This document shows positions 19,597-29,614 of a DNA stretch of 64,000 nt, one piece after another. Below the pieces are notes generated by a model, which saw only the letters and a program-made list of their open reading frames with translations, was not told where the DNA came from and did no database searches. The DNA lies in assembly GCA_028279825.1 (NCBI GenBank), contig JANQNA010000008.1:35173-99172 (forward strand), read 5' to 3'. A program made the translations under genes and the position numbers. Within the stretch, counting starts at the first letter, position 1. The number at the start of each line of letters is the position of its first letter. This DNA comes from an archaeon. Lineage in GTDB: Archaea; Aenigmatarchaeota; Aenigmatarchaeia; GW2011-AR5.

Positions 19597-19944
19597 ATGG
19601 GCGATGATAAGATCAGGGAATTTGCTGAAAAGAAGTTTGGCAAGATAAATGTTATTGTTTCCCTTTATTCTCTGCAGATAGTCTGGGCTGACAGGAAATT
19701 CGCTGACATGGTTGATTTCAAGGAAGAAGAGCTACCCGGGAAGAACATCAGGGATATTATTGTTATAGATTATCATGTCTTTTTGCGGACACTCGGAAAA
19801 TTTCTTGGAAAAACAGCAGATGACACAAAGATTCTCAAGAGAAAGGACGGAAAAAAGATAAAAGCTTCCGGTACGGTTCATCATTTCTCCTTTGAAAAGG
19901 AAGAGTATATCTGCGTAAGGCTGAAAAAAGCAGAACATGTATAA
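19597..19944 (+). CDS. hypothetical protein (possible PAS-like fold)
   Basis: 115 aa; pattern of sensor-domain-like beta strands; weak. Confidence 0.3.
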   Translation: MGDDKIREFAEKKFGKINVIVSLYSLQIVWADRKFADMVDFKEEELPGKNIRDIIVIDYHVFLRTLGKFLGKTADDTKILKRKDGKKIKASGTVHHFSFEKEEYICVRLKKAEHV

Positions 19945-19968
19945 GAAGTTTTTGTTCTTTGTACTACT

Positions 19969-20280
19969 ATGATAGAGGGATATACCGTTCCGAAAGTGCA
20001 GGATATAGTCAGGATAGACGGGCGTTGGGCTCAAGTTGTGTCACAGGGACTGGTGTTATACCTGGATGATAAGTCACATGCGTATATTGACTGGCATGAT
20101 TATATGATGCACAAAAATCACAGACGCCGAAGTGTAGGACTTGTTAGAGCATTAGAGCCAAATTGTCTTTCTGCCGTTGAAATAGACAATATTTATTATG
20201 CTTTGGGCAGGAAAAAACCGGAAACAAAACTGAGTGTTTCTGTTTTCGGAGAGTTCAAGAAAGACTTAAGCAGAAATTGA
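19969..20280 (+). CDS. hypothetical protein
   Basis: 103 aa ORF 24 nt downstream of previous gene. Confidence 0.35.
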   Translation: MIEGYTVPKVQDIVRIDGRWAQVVSQGLVLYLDDKSHAYIDWHDYMMHKNHRRRSVGLVRALEPNCLSAVEIDNIYYALGRKKPETKLSVSVFGEFKKDLSRN

Positions 20281-20481
20281 ATAAATGAACATGATTATGG
20301 CAATAACTAAAAAGCATGCACCAAATTTTCTGTAGGGCACGTCTTTTATTGTGCCGCTCCATTTTATGTGAAGTCCTTTGAGCGCCCAGCATTGGAAACG
20401 GTAAACTTGTTTTGGAAATATCAACACAATTAATGCTGCCACAAGAAATATAATTCCCCTTATTGCGAATACATAGTCCAT
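20266..20481 (-). CDS. small membrane protein
   Basis: 71 aa, two predicted TM helices. Confidence 0.3.
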   Translation of the reverse strand: MDYVFAIRGIIFLVAALIVLIFPKQVYRFQCWALKGLHIKWSGTIKDVPYRKFGACFLVIAIIMFIYSISA

Positions 20482-20531
20482 AAATATACTGCTTTCATAA
20501 GGCTTAAGAGTGTATCTGAGACTGGCTTAGC

Positions 20532-20810
20532 ATGAGAACAGCTAGAGGATTCGAGTTAATGGCTATCAATATAGAAGAACATGTAGGAAACTATATGCCT
20601 GGACACTGGCGTGAGACAATTCGTACGGTTACTTCGGTTCCTTTGATTACTGAAGATAAGGCAAGGAGACTAGTTGAGGCGTATCAAAATGGAACTCTTC
20701 CTGTAGAGGTAAAAACATTAACGGATAATCCCAATGTGGCTGCTGGATTTTATGATTTCTTTTGGAAAACTAAACTTGAACCATATTTAGCAGAAGTCAA
20801 ATTACCTTAA
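20532..20810 (+). CDS. hypothetical protein
   Basis: 92 aa ORF. Confidence 0.3.
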   Translation: MRTARGFELMAINIEEHVGNYMPGHWRETIRTVTSVPLITEDKARRLVEAYQNGTLPVEVKTLTDNPNVAAGFYDFFWKTKLEPYLAEVKLP

Positions 20811-20815
20811 TGTAT

Positions 20816-21205
20816 CTATTCCTTCTTCAGATCCGCAAAGATCTCGTGTATGTTTCCATCAGGATCTGCGAAGAATGCTGTTCTCTGACCCCACGGCATA
20901 TCTTCTGGTTCCTTTATTGGTGTTGCACCTTTTGACGTAATTTCTTCATATACCTTGTTCATATCTTCAAGAGGTACAGAAAAAGCCAGTTCGAATGACT
21001 GTCCTTTCTTATCTTCTAGGAAGCTTTCGTGATTTGTTGCCTCGTTCAAGACTTTATGTGTAGACATTTCAAAGCGCACGCCATTGTTTTCAAATTCCAC
21101 GAAGTTCTCTAGCTGCATCTTTATCTTGAAACCCATGACATCTCTATAGAACTGTAGCATTTCATCAAATCTTGATGTTATGATGCTGATAACACTAATG
21201 TTCAT
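20816..21205 (-). CDS. VOC/glyoxalase-bleomycin resistance family protein
   Basis: 129 aa; paired beta-alpha-beta-beta-beta modules, C-terminal ADPDGNIHEIF typical of glyoxalase I fold. Confidence 0.75.
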   Translation of the reverse strand: MNISVISIITSRFDEMLQFYRDVMGFKIKMQLENFVEFENNGVRFEMSTHKVLNEATNHESFLEDKKGQSFELAFSVPLEDMNKVYEEITSKGATPIKEPEDMPWGQRTAFFADPDGNIHEIFADLKKE

Positions 21206-21279
21206 GATCTTAGTTGGTTCAAGTCTTTAAAAATAGCTATCGCAGTGCTGCTTAAGTAAGTTTTTATCAATCCCGTTAC

Positions 21280-21822
21280 ATGGAACTGGAAGAATATCTG
21301 AAGGCACTACGGGAATGTCCAGATGACCAGTTAACTGATGAATTAGGTATTCATGACAATTGGCCTATTCTTTTTGATGCGGATTTGGATTCTGTCGTTG
21401 GGTATCTGAGTCAACACAGTAATTATAAACATGTGGAGGAAGGGAAAGGCCACCGAGGAGATGTGGTTCATGTATTTTATTTCGTCCCGGGCACAGTTGA
21501 ACTGGATGTTTTTGGTAGTATTCGGGCTATAGATACAACATACTTCGGTCGTGATGAAGGCAAAAAAGGGATTGAAACTAGGAGGCAAATGAAAGACTAT
21601 AAAACGACGATCATGTTACATCCATATCAGGAAGTAGTAGTTGAAGGAATTGGCTGGCGGCGAGTGGTGGCGACAGTAGTAGAAGGTATCGGGGAATTGG
21701 CAATTAGAGAAAAAATTCCTATATGTATGCCAAGCACAATCGGCTGGAAATATCTAAAGACTAGAGAACGTGAGTATTCAAGAATTGTTTATCATGTTCC
21801 TGTTGTGTCTGCTTCATCGTAG
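21280..21822 (+). CDS. hypothetical protein
   Basis: 180 aa ORF; no motif. Confidence 0.4.
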   Translation: MELEEYLKALRECPDDQLTDELGIHDNWPILFDADLDSVVGYLSQHSNYKHVEEGKGHRGDVVHVFYFVPGTVELDVFGSIRAIDTTYFGRDEGKKGIETRRQMKDYKTTIMLHPYQEVVVEGIGWRRVVATVVEGIGELAIREKIPICMPSTIGWKYLKTREREYSRIVYHVPVVSASS

Positions 21823-24477
21823 AGCAGCTTGAGCTGCTGCCAATCTTGCTATAGGAACTCTGAAAGGACTGCAGCTTACGTAATCTTGACCGATACGGTG
21901 ACAGAACTCGACACTCTTTGGGTCACCGCCGTGTTCACCACAGATACCGATCTTCAAGTTAGGCCGGACAGCCCGTCCTTTTGCTACGCATATTTTCATC
22001 AGTTCACCAACACCAGTCTGGTCTACTGTCTGGAATGGATCATTAGCTAGAATGCCCGTATCCTGGTACATGCCCAAGAATTTTCCGGAATCGTCCCTGG
22101 ACAGACCCATTGTCATCTGTGTTAAATCATTTGTACCAAAAGAGAAGAATTCAGCAGTCTTTGCAACCTCATCTGCTGTTATTGCCGCTCTTGGAATTTC
22201 AATCATTGTTCCTACAAGATATTTTAGTTTAATATTATCATTTTCTTTTATAACTTCTTCTGCAGCTTTTCTTACAACTGTTTCCTGGTGCTCAAATTCT
22301 GTAACTGTTGAAATTAGCGGTACCATGATTTCCGGCTCTACCGGAATGCCCTCTTTGGTAACATTAACTGCGGCTTCTATGATTGCGCGCGCCTGCATTT
22401 CTGTAATTTCCGGGTAGGAAATACCTAAACGACAACCACGGTGTCCAAGCATCGGATTGAATTCGTGAAGATCTCTAACTCGCGATTTTATCTTGTCGTG
22501 ATGAACATTAAGGCCTTCGGCCATTTCTTTCTGATCTTTCTCCTCATGTGGAAGAAACTCGTGCAGAGGAGGATCTAACAATCTGATTGTGACAGGAAAT
22601 CCGTTCATTGCGCGAAATAGACCCTCAAAGTCTGCTCGCTGTAAAGGCAGTAACTTGTCCAAAGCGGCCCTACGGGCCTCTTCGCTCTCAGCCAGTATCA
22701 TTTCCCTCATCGGGCCAATCTTGCCTTCTCCGAAGAACATGTGTTCCGTCCTGCACAACCCAATACCTTGCGCACCGAATGCTATTGCATTTGTTGCCTG
22801 ATCAGGCTGATCTGCATTTGTACGGATTTTTAGTTTTCTGTACCTGTCAGCTGCTTTCATGATTTTATCATAATCCTGGAATGCTTCAGACTCTTTAGGA
22901 TCCATTGTTTTTTCTAAAAGTACCTGAATGATTTCTGACGGCTTTGTTTCAAGTTCTCCGTCCATTATCTCACCGGTTGTTCCGTCCAGAGAAATCCAGT
23001 CACCTTCTTTTACTGTTTTTCCTTTTACAGTCATTCTTTTATCAGCGTAGCTGATATCAAGATCTGCGCATCCTGCTACGCATACTTTACCCATCTGTCT
23101 TGCTACAAGAGCTGCATGGCTTGTCATACCGCCGCGAGCTGTTAATATTCCTTTGGCTGCTTTCATACCCTTAATGTCCTCAGGTGAAGTTTCTATACGT
23201 GTAAGAATGACGCTCTCTCCGCGCTTTGCCCATGATTCGGCTTCTGGAGCTGAGAAAACAACTCTTCCGGTAGCTGCACCAGGACCTGCGTTCAATCCTT
23301 TGGCCAGGAGATTTCCTTCTTTGAGTGATTTTTCTTTCTGGTTGTGATCGAAGATAGGCTGTAGCAGATGATTCAGCTGTTCAGGATCTAATCTCAACAG
23401 AGCCTGTTTGTCTGTTATTAAATTCTCATCAATCATGTCAGCTGCGATCTTCATTGCCGCGAAAGCTGTACGTTTACCTACACGACACTGCAGCATCCAT
23501 AGTTTGTCATTCTGTATAGTGAATTCAATATCAAGCATGTCCTTGTAGTGGCTTTCCAGCTTTTTCCTTATCTTTTCAAGCTCCTGATAGATCTGTGGAT
23601 TCTCTGTCTTCATCTTTTCCATTGGCAGAGGCGTACGAATACCAGCTACAACGTCTTCGCCCTGCGCGTTCATCAGATATTCCCCGTAGAAAATATTTTC
23701 ACCGGTTGCCGGGTCTCTTGTAAAGGCAACGCCTGTACCTGAATCAGCGCCCATGTTACCATAAGTCATGACTTGTATGTTTACAGCCGTTCCCCAGTCT
23801 GCAGGAATATCATACATTTTTCGATAAGCAATAGCTCTCTCATTGTTCCAAGAAGAAAAAACAGCCCCAACGGCTCCCCATAGCTGGTCCAGCGGATCTT
23901 CCGGGAACTTCTTGCCGTTCTTTTCCACTTCTTTCTTGTATTCATCAACAAGCTGTTTCAGGTCTGCAGCAGTGAGATCCGTATCAGACTTGGCGCCAAG
24001 CTTCTTTTTCTTCTCTTCCAGAAGATGCTCCAGCTCTACTCCCAGAACAACGTCAGCATACATCTGGACAAAACGCCTATAGGAATCGTAGACAAACCTT
24101 GGATTTGACGTCTTTTCTGCAAGACCTACGGCCACCTTATCGTTCATACCAAGATTAAGTATTGTATCCATCATGCCCGGCATGCTGGCACGTGCGCCAC
24201 TTCTTACTGATACAAGTAACGGGTTCTTTGGGTTGCCGAACTGGGCACCCATTTTCTTCTCCAATGCTTCTATATTGCTTGTTATTTCTTCTTCGAGAGA
24301 AGGAGGATATGTTTCTTTATTCTGATAGTAATGAGTACACACCTGTGTTGTGATTGTAAAACCGGGAGGAACGGGAAGGCCAATGTTGGTCATTTCTGCC
24401 AGATTTGCACCCTTTCCGCCAAGGAGCTCCTTCATGTCCTTGTTGCCTTCTTCAAATAAATAAACGTACTTCATCAA
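21814..24477 (-). CDS. ppdK: pyruvate, phosphate dikinase
   Basis: 887 aa; N-terminal ATP-grasp [24 protein letters not shown], phospho-His domain [16 protein letters not shown]-terminal PEP-utilising TIM-barrel block CGEHGGDP. Confidence 0.92.
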   Translation of the reverse strand: MMKYVYLFEEGNKDMKELLGGKGANLAEMTNIGLPVPPGFTITTQVCTHYYQNKETYPPSLEEEITSNIEALEKKMGAQFGNPKNPLLVSVRSGARASMPGMMDTILNLGMNDKVAVGLAEKTSNPRFVYDSYRRFVQMYADVVLGVELEHLLEEKKKKLGAKSDTDLTAADLKQLVDEYKKEVEKNGKKFPEDPLDQLWGAVGAVFSSWNNERAIAYRKMYDIPADWGTAVNIQVMTYGNMGADSGTGVAFTRDPATGENIFYGEYLMNAQGEDVVAGIRTPLPMEKMKTENPQIYQELEKIRKKLESHYKDMLDIEFTIQNDKLWMLQCRVGKRTAFAAMKIAADMIDENLITDKQALLRLDPEQLNHLLQPIFDHNQKEKSLKEGNLLAKGLNAGPGAATGRVVFSAPEAESWAKRGESVILTRIETSPEDIKGMKAAKGILTARGGMTSHAALVARQMGKVCVAGCADLDISYADKRMTVKGKTVKEGDWISLDGTTGEIMDGELETKPSEIIQVLLEKTMDPKESEAFQDYDKIMKAADRYRKLKIRTNADQPDQATNAIAFGAQGIGLCRTEHMFFGEGKIGPMREMILAESEEARRAALDKLLPLQRADFEGLFRAMNGFPVTIRLLDPPLHEFLPHEEKDQKEMAEGLNVHHDKIKSRVRDLHEFNPMLGHRGCRLGISYPEITEMQARAIIEAAVNVTKEGIPVEPEIMVPLISTVTEFEHQETVVRKAAEEVIKENDNIKLKYLVGTMIEIPRAAITADEVAKTAEFFSFGTNDLTQMTMGLSRDDSGKFLGMYQDTGILANDPFQTVDQTGVGELMKICVAKGRAVRPNLKIGICGEHGGDPKSVEFCHRIGQDYVSCSPFRVPIARLAAAQAALR

Positions 24478-24593
24478 CGAAGGTTGCTCAAAAACACATA
24501 AAAAGATGTCGACATTCAGCCAGTTTATATAGGTTATTACAGTGCCTAATTCCGTATTTAAATGCAGAAAATAAGGGATTTTCAGGTGATAGA

Positions 24594-24764
24594 ATGGGTT
24601 TAGTAGTAACTTCAGCGGTAAAAGATGTCATTAAGAAAGCTGAGATGAACACTGCAGGAGACCTTGCAACAGCACTTGACCAGAAGGTTGAGGCACTATT
24701 GCAGGCGGCAGTTGCTCGTGCAAAAAGTAATGACAGAAAGACAGTAAGAGCCGGGGATTTGTAA
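24594..24764 (+). CDS. small histone-fold-like DNA-binding protein (lacks helix alpha3)
   Basis: 56 aa [56 protein letters not shown] aligns to helix1-loop-helix2-RKT(I/V) of archaeal histones; the ORF track's longer upstream extension uses a TTG start and looks non-coding. Confidence 0.45.
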   Translation: MGLVVTSAVKDVIKKAEMNTAGDLATALDQKVEALLQAAVARAKSNDRKTVRAGDL

Positions 24765-24820
24765 ACCGGCAAACTGATGGACGTTCTTCGAACGTCTTAC
24801 GGTTCTTTTTTCTTTTTATT

Positions 24821-25156
24821 CTAAAAATCTTCTTCCATGGCTATTTCGTTAATAAGTTCCTGGCTTATGGTTTTTCCAAGCTTTTCTGAAATATATTGCG
24901 GTGCGTCTTCACGCAGCGTCAGAGATGCCAGCCTTAAGGGTCCTCCGTTTTCACCACATCCATAGCAAACAAATCTGTTCCTTTTTGGACGAATGTAAAA
25001 TGATGGATGTTTTTCTCTATGAAACGGACAAAGTCTTTTGTAGTTTGGTCCATGTTTTTGCTTTACGGGAGGTCCATGACCATCTTTATAATCAGCGAGA
25101 ACATCAAATGCAACATCGAGAACCAGTATATTCAGTAAATCATCCACTATTGTCAT
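24821..25156 (-). CDS. standalone CHC2 (DnaG primase-type) zinc-finger protein
   Basis: LCPFHREKHPSFYIRPKRNRFVCYGCGENGG = CPFH-EK-PSF...C-GCG CHC2 signature, preceded by DLLNIL..DVLADY block resembling the DnaG N-terminus. Confidence 0.6.
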   Translation of the reverse strand: MTIVDDLLNILVLDVAFDVLADYKDGHGPPVKQKHGPNYKRLCPFHREKHPSFYIRPKRNRFVCYGCGENGGPLRLASLTLREDAPQYISEKLGKTISQELINEIAMEEDF

Positions 25157-25215
25157 CCAGAGGTATTGTATAAAATCTATAAAAATAGTATAGGGAAAAA
25201 GAAAAGAATAATATT

Positions 25216-25413
25216 CTATCCTCTTGATGCTAGTTTGTGTTTTTTCACAAAGGCCCAGATTTTCTTTGTCATTTCACTTGGTGTTACTGGCTTGCTGCCA
25301 AACACTTTTTCCAATGTTTCATCTCTGCCTTTGAAGTTGATCGCATATCCGCCGAAAGGTTTTTTCTTCACCATGTTTTTTCCTCCTAAAGTATCAGCAT
25401 CAGTGACAGCCAT
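25216..25413 (-). CDS. small basic protein (possible SWIB/MDM2-like motif)
   Basis: 65 aa; RDETLEKVFGSKPVTPSEMTKKIWAFVKKHKL resembles the second half of SWIB domains; weak. Confidence 0.3.
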   Translation of the reverse strand: MAVTDADTLGGKNMVKKKPFGGYAINFKGRDETLEKVFGSKPVTPSEMTKKIWAFVKKHKLASRG

Positions 25414-25518
25414 GAATGCCCTAAAAAGGCTCCAAAAAGAGAACCAACAAAAACCACTGTCCCGATTGCTGTTAGATCATCCATTAATTAGTATTTCGCT
25501 TAGATCCCTTAAATAGGG

Positions 25519-25863
25519 CTATCCACGGTTGATCTTGACAGAAGAAGGAGTAATCAACAGCCACTCGTCGCCTATACCAGCTAAATCACCCTGGAATACT
25601 GTGCAGGATGTTTTGATCTTGGAAATACTGTGTTTCAGCTCGTCAAGATTGTTTTCCTTAAGCTCTTTTATCCTGGCGATAACAACGTTGCCTGTTCTTA
25701 CTTTCTTTATGATCCTGTCTGTATCTGACAGACTCTCTAATTTTTCAATAATTATCTTTACCTTTTCGGGCTGGTCGACTTCTATAGGAATTTCTGTGAA
25801 TTCCTCAACTGTACCAACCTGTTCTTTTTCCTTTTTCTTGAATACTTTTCCAAAAAGTGACAT
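25519..25863 (-). CDS. sepF: cell division protein SepF
   Basis: NVVIARIKELKENNLDELKHSISKIKTSCTVFQGDLAGIGDEWLLITPSSVKI matches SepF/DUF552 core. ORF track gives 25519..25887; start at MSLFGKVF preferred. Confidence 0.7.
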   Translation of the reverse strand: MSLFGKVFKKKEKEQVGTVEEFTEIPIEVDQPEKVKIIIEKLESLSDTDRIIKKVRTGNVVIARIKELKENNLDELKHSISKIKTSCTVFQGDLAGIGDEWLLITPSSVKINRG

Positions 25864-26004
25864 TTTGCATTTCTCCTTGCTTTTCAAGTTATAATTTTAT
25901 CTTCTTAAAGCTTATATTTCTGAAACAGCGCGTTTATGCGGTTTTTAGCGTAATTTAGACGTAATTGAGAGTATTATAAAAAGTTTGAGCGTCATTATTT
26001 CTGT

Positions 26005-26127
26005 ATGGCACTTTCAAATCTCAACGTAAAACGCAGCTTTAACCGCTGCTTAATGTGTGACGGCAGCATGGAAAAGTCTAATCTTGGCAGCATCTGCAAT
26101 ACGTGCAAGGACAAAATGAGAAAGTAA
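26005..26127 (+). CDS. small zinc-ribbon protein
   Basis: 40 aa ORF below track threshold: MALSNLNVKRSFNRCLMCDGSMEKSNLGSICNTCKDKMRK (CxxC-x12-CxxC). Confidence 0.3.
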   Translation: MALSNLNVKRSFNRCLMCDGSMEKSNLGSICNTCKDKMRK

Positions 26128-26202
26128 TCTAATTCTAAGGATAAGTTATATATAGAATAATCGCCAATTGTTAGAAGAATATACACATTTGGAGGTTGTG
26201 CG

Positions 26203-27849
26203 ATGAAGAAATTTCTTCTACCACTAGTTTTCGTATTGCTAGCATCCGTAGGGTTTGCGGCCACAGACACAGTGATGCTGGTATCTGATACCACTTCCGT
26301 CGATATGCTGATAGCAAAGGCGGCGAGTGAAAGAGCCGGTGTGCCCCTTCTTGTATTAGAGGACGGTATCCTGGCGGACGCGCTAAAGACAGAACTATCT
26401 GATCTTGGTGTAAAAACAGTTGTGCTCGTTGGAGGGCCTGCTGTAATTTCAGAAGCAATAGAAACAGAACTAGCTGAAGACTACGATGTCGTGCGTCTCT
26501 GGGGAAACGAGAGAACAGGAACTGCTGTAGAGGTTGCCAAGTACTTCTGGTACGGCGGTACTGACTGTGTTGTCCTTGCTGATGACACAAAAGACAGTGC
26601 TGCAGATACGGAAGTACAGACGGAAGCTTCTCTGGAAGCTTCTACGGACGGCTGTCCATTCTTCCCTGTTCCAAAGGGTAAAGTGCCGGCAGAAGTTTTA
26701 GACACAGTGAGCCAGCTTGGTGCGACAAAGGCCAAGTTTGTAGGTCTTGCTGCTTCCGGAGAGTTTAAAGCGAAATTCGGCAAACTAACACAGAAAGAGA
26801 ATGTCGGTGACTTGGACGCTATACGCGCCAATATCCAGGAAAGGATAAAGGAGAAGGCAGGAGAAGATCTCCGACTGCTTGTTGTTGCCGCTCCTAACTG
26901 GAGAGACGTTCTTGGCCATGCCGGACATTCGGGCATGCACACGGTTGTCAAGGTTGTGACATCTGCTGAACCGGTACCTCGTCTTGTAGAGTTCGTAAAC
27001 AACAATAACATAACAAATGTTGCGGTTGTCGGGAACCCTGAACTATCTGCAGAGATCGTTACTGCCTTTGAAACAGCTGGAATAAATGTAACAAAATTGT
27101 CCGGAAAACATGCAGAGGTTGCAAGAAAAGCCCTGAAGGAAACAAAGAAGAGATGGGAAGAAAGAGCAAGAGCTCTAAGAGCCATAGAAGTCAGGCTGAG
27201 AAAACATATGAAAGCAAACCTGGAAGACTATCTGGAAAGATTGAGGGATAGACTGGATCAGATAGAGGCAGAACTTGCTGATATGGCAGACACGGCTGAC
27301 GCGGATAAACTGGCAATAGTACAAGAAAAGGTTGATGCCGCTCAGACACAGCTGACTGCAATAGAGAGCTACATCGAAAACGGTAACTATCTGACAGCAC
27401 GCAAGCGTCTTGCAAGACTCACGCATAGTGTATTGTCGGCAAGATGGATGAACCGTGCTGCTCTTGGGATAGACTCAGCTGAAGATGTAATGGAGGAAGA
27501 GAACAGTCTGGAGAACACAAATTCAGATGTTTCCGGTCTTGCCAGCAGGCTGGATTCCTTGAAGGCCAAGTGTAACGCTGATGCACTGGATGATATCATT
27601 GCAGAAGCAAGGTCACTACACACTTCCATGCAGACAGCAAAGGAAGAAGGTGACTACGGCAAGGCTTCGAGACTTGCAGTGCAGCTGAGAAACACACTAA
27701 GACACGCAAATAATCTGGGAAACATTTGTGAAAAAACTGATAAAATATCCACAAATCTCATATCTGCAGTGAACCAACGTGTACAACGTGTACAGGCTCT
27801 CAAAACAAGAATAGGAGCTATGGTGGCTCAGACCCCTGACGCAACGTAA
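26203..27849 (+). CDS. secreted protein with three CWB2-like cell-wall-binding repeats and C-terminal coiled coil
   Basis: Signal peptide MKKFLLPLVFVLLASVGFA; repeats contain RLWGNERTGTAVEVAKYFW..GTDCVVLADD and VKTVVLVGGPAVISEAIETEL blocks characteristic of cell wall binding repeat 2; residues ~300-548 heptad-rich (LEDYLERLRDRLDQIEAELADMAD...). Confidence 0.6.
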   Translation: MKKFLLPLVFVLLASVGFAATDTVMLVSDTTSVDMLIAKAASERAGVPLLVLEDGILADALKTELSDLGVKTVVLVGGPAVISEAIETELAEDYDVVRLWGNERTGTAVEVAKYFWYGGTDCVVLADDTKDSAADTEVQTEASLEASTDGCPFFPVPKGKVPAEVLDTVSQLGATKAKFVGLAASGEFKAKFGKLTQKENVGDLDAIRANIQERIKEKAGEDLRLLVVAAPNWRDVLGHAGHSGMHTVVKVVTSAEPVPRLVEFVNNNNITNVAVVGNPELSAEIVTAFETAGINVTKLSGKHAEVARKALKETKKRWEERARALRAIEVRLRKHMKANLEDYLERLRDRLDQIEAELADMADTADADKLAIVQEKVDAAQTQLTAIESYIENGNYLTARKRLARLTHSVLSARWMNRAALGIDSAEDVMEEENSLENTNSDVSGLASRLDSLKAKCNADALDDIIAEARSLHTSMQTAKEEGDYGKASRLAVQLRNTLRHANNLGNICEKTDKISTNLISAVNQRVQRVQALKTRIGAMVAQTPDAT

Positions 27850-27854
27850 GATTT

Positions 27855-28490
27855 TTACTTTTTCTTTTCCATTACCTTTTTTGTTGTCTTGAAGTGTTTT
27901 TTTGCCACATAATCAAGTATTTTGTCATCGTACTTTTTGAGAAGCGCTTTTGCCGTGTCTTCCACGTGCGTGGCACCTTTGGGAAGTTTGTAGCCTACCT
28001 CAAGAGAAAGAGCCTTCAAAGTCCTCAAAAATTCTGCCCTGGCCAATATTGATGCTGCGGCAACAGCCATATCTCTTTCAGCCCGTACTTTTTGTTCGAG
28101 CCTGATCTTCTTGCTGTGCTCGAAGAGCATGCTTTTGAGAACCTTCTCGTCGGCGAACTTGTCAACCATTATAAAATCAACCTTTTCCTTCTTTACCAGA
28201 TTTTCTATTGTCCTTGCATGGCCCCATGCCAACAGTTTGTTCAGGTTCTTGAACTTTTTATGAAGAATGTTGTATTTTTCCGGCGAAATTCTTATCACTT
28301 CCCATTTACATTGCTTCTTTATTTTCGTAGCGGTACGCATAACTGTTGAGTCCATCATATTCTTTGAATCCTTGACACCTATTTCCCTTAATTTCTTCTC
28401 CTTTTCCTTGTCAACTATGACACCCGCTATTACCAAGAAACCGAAATAGTCTCCTTTTCCCGATTCATCTACGCCGATCCATTTTACCAT
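27855..28490 (-). CDS. rnhB: ribonuclease HII
   Basis: IGVDESGKGDYFGFLVIAGV DE-D-D catalytic N-terminus and DSK motif. Confidence 0.9.
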   Translation of the reverse strand: MVKWIGVDESGKGDYFGFLVIAGVIVDKEKEKKLREIGVKDSKNMMDSTVMRTATKIKKQCKWEVIRISPEKYNILHKKFKNLNKLLAWGHARTIENLVKKEKVDFIMVDKFADEKVLKSMLFEHSKKIRLEQKVRAERDMAVAAASILARAEFLRTLKALSLEVGYKLPKGATHVEDTAKALLKKYDDKILDYVAKKHFKTTKKVMEKKK

Positions 28491-28498
28491 ACTTTTAT

Positions 28499-28795
28499 TT
28501 GAGTTTGCATCAATATATTGTTATGAGATTCTTCTTTCGTAAGCCGCATGAAGAGACGGCAAGAAAAAATTATGACAGGATGCACAGGAAGATAGAGGGT
28601 TTGGAAGATATAGAAAATCGTGTAGAGCTGCTTCGTATGCTGGAAAAGATAGAACCCAGTCTATTGTCCCTGGAAAACACGCACATGAATGACTACGACA
28701 AGAAAAAACTGATGAACACGGTTAATTCTGACCTGAAAAAGGTTGATCTGGTTCTTGGTGGAATAAAGGGCAGAAAGGGCAAATTCAGCATTTAA
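28499..28795 (+). CDS. hypothetical protein
   Basis: 98 aa ORF. Confidence 0.3.
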   Translation: MSLHQYIVMRFFFRKPHEETARKNYDRMHRKIEGLEDIENRVELLRMLEKIEPSLLSLENTHMNDYDKKKLMNTVNSDLKKVDLVLGGIKGRKGKFSI

Positions 28796-28819
28796 ATATC
28801 TTTGTGTCACTATCATATA

Positions 28820-29590
28820 ATGACAACAGTAAAAGGACTAATTAAGGGGTTGTTCTTAGGCGCTGGTATACTGGGAACAGCAGCTGCAGCCGAGGCTCAG
28901 CCAAGGAAGGCTGTAAAACGTGGAGAACAGCAAAGAATATTGACGCCGGCACAGGCAAGGCATCCAAGAGCTGGTACAGGTAGAGGTAAACGTGAAACAC
29001 GCCCACCTGCGAGAGGCCGTTTTACGTATTTTCATTATCATAGAGGTGTTCCTGTAAGGGGTGATGGTTGCTATCCCCCATTTGTTCGCAGGATAGTTCC
29101 AGTACCTGCCCGTCCCGGATGGGACAGATTTACTGCTTACGGCGGTGAACCGGAACCTGTTCAGCCGGATCAGCCAAGGAAAGTAGATTTTCCCAGCGAC
29201 GATCCAGATCCAAGAAGAGTTGATCCAACACCAAGGGCGCCTGAAAAACCAACACAACGTCTTAATTATGAAGACTGTATTGCCAGAAACCAATACACAC
29301 TGGAAGGAGGCAGAATTCTTGATACTTACTTTTGGGCTATTGGCGAAGATGAACTGGCTACTTATTCAATGGGAACTGGTGGCAACATGCGTCTTGAAGT
29401 CCGAAGGGACGGTAAAACCCTTTACAAAATACCAGTGGGTGAGCTTGGAGAATATGCAACAATGGATGCGTTTTTGTCCCTGATTTCTCACCATGCAAAT
29501 ATGAACCATAATAGATATCTTGACGAAGTCATGAATTTTGATCCCCTGCCACACAATGCACAAGGTTGCCCGAGACACTTAATAGAATAA
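28820..29590 (+). CDS. secreted Arg/Pro-rich hypothetical protein
   Basis: Signal-like N-terminus MTTVKGLIKGLFLGAGILGTAAAAEA, then Pro/Arg-rich low-complexity linker and a C-terminal globular part; locally GC-rich. Confidence 0.4.
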   Translation: MTTVKGLIKGLFLGAGILGTAAAAEAQPRKAVKRGEQQRILTPAQARHPRAGTGRGKRETRPPARGRFTYFHYHRGVPVRGDGCYPPFVRRIVPVPARPGWDRFTAYGGEPEPVQPDQPRKVDFPSDDPDPRRVDPTPRAPEKPTQRLNYEDCIARNQYTLEGGRILDTYFWAIGEDELATYSMGTGGNMRLEVRRDGKTLYKIPVGELGEYATMDAFLSLISHHANMNHNRYLDEVMNFDPLPHNAQGCPRHLIE

Positions 29591-29614
29591 AAACACTTCT
29601 GGCTAATTCTAAGT

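Noticed and set aside
21829-24353. Numerous 60-120 aa ORFs on the + strand inside the ppdK gene
   Set aside because: They are antisense to a well-supported 887-aa PPDK reading frame and show no motifs; typical shadow ORFs.
24405-24593. Upstream part of ORF 24405..24764 (TTG start)
   Set aside because: Cys/His-rich low-complexity translation overlapping the ppdK promoter region; the histone-fold similarity begins only at the internal ATG.
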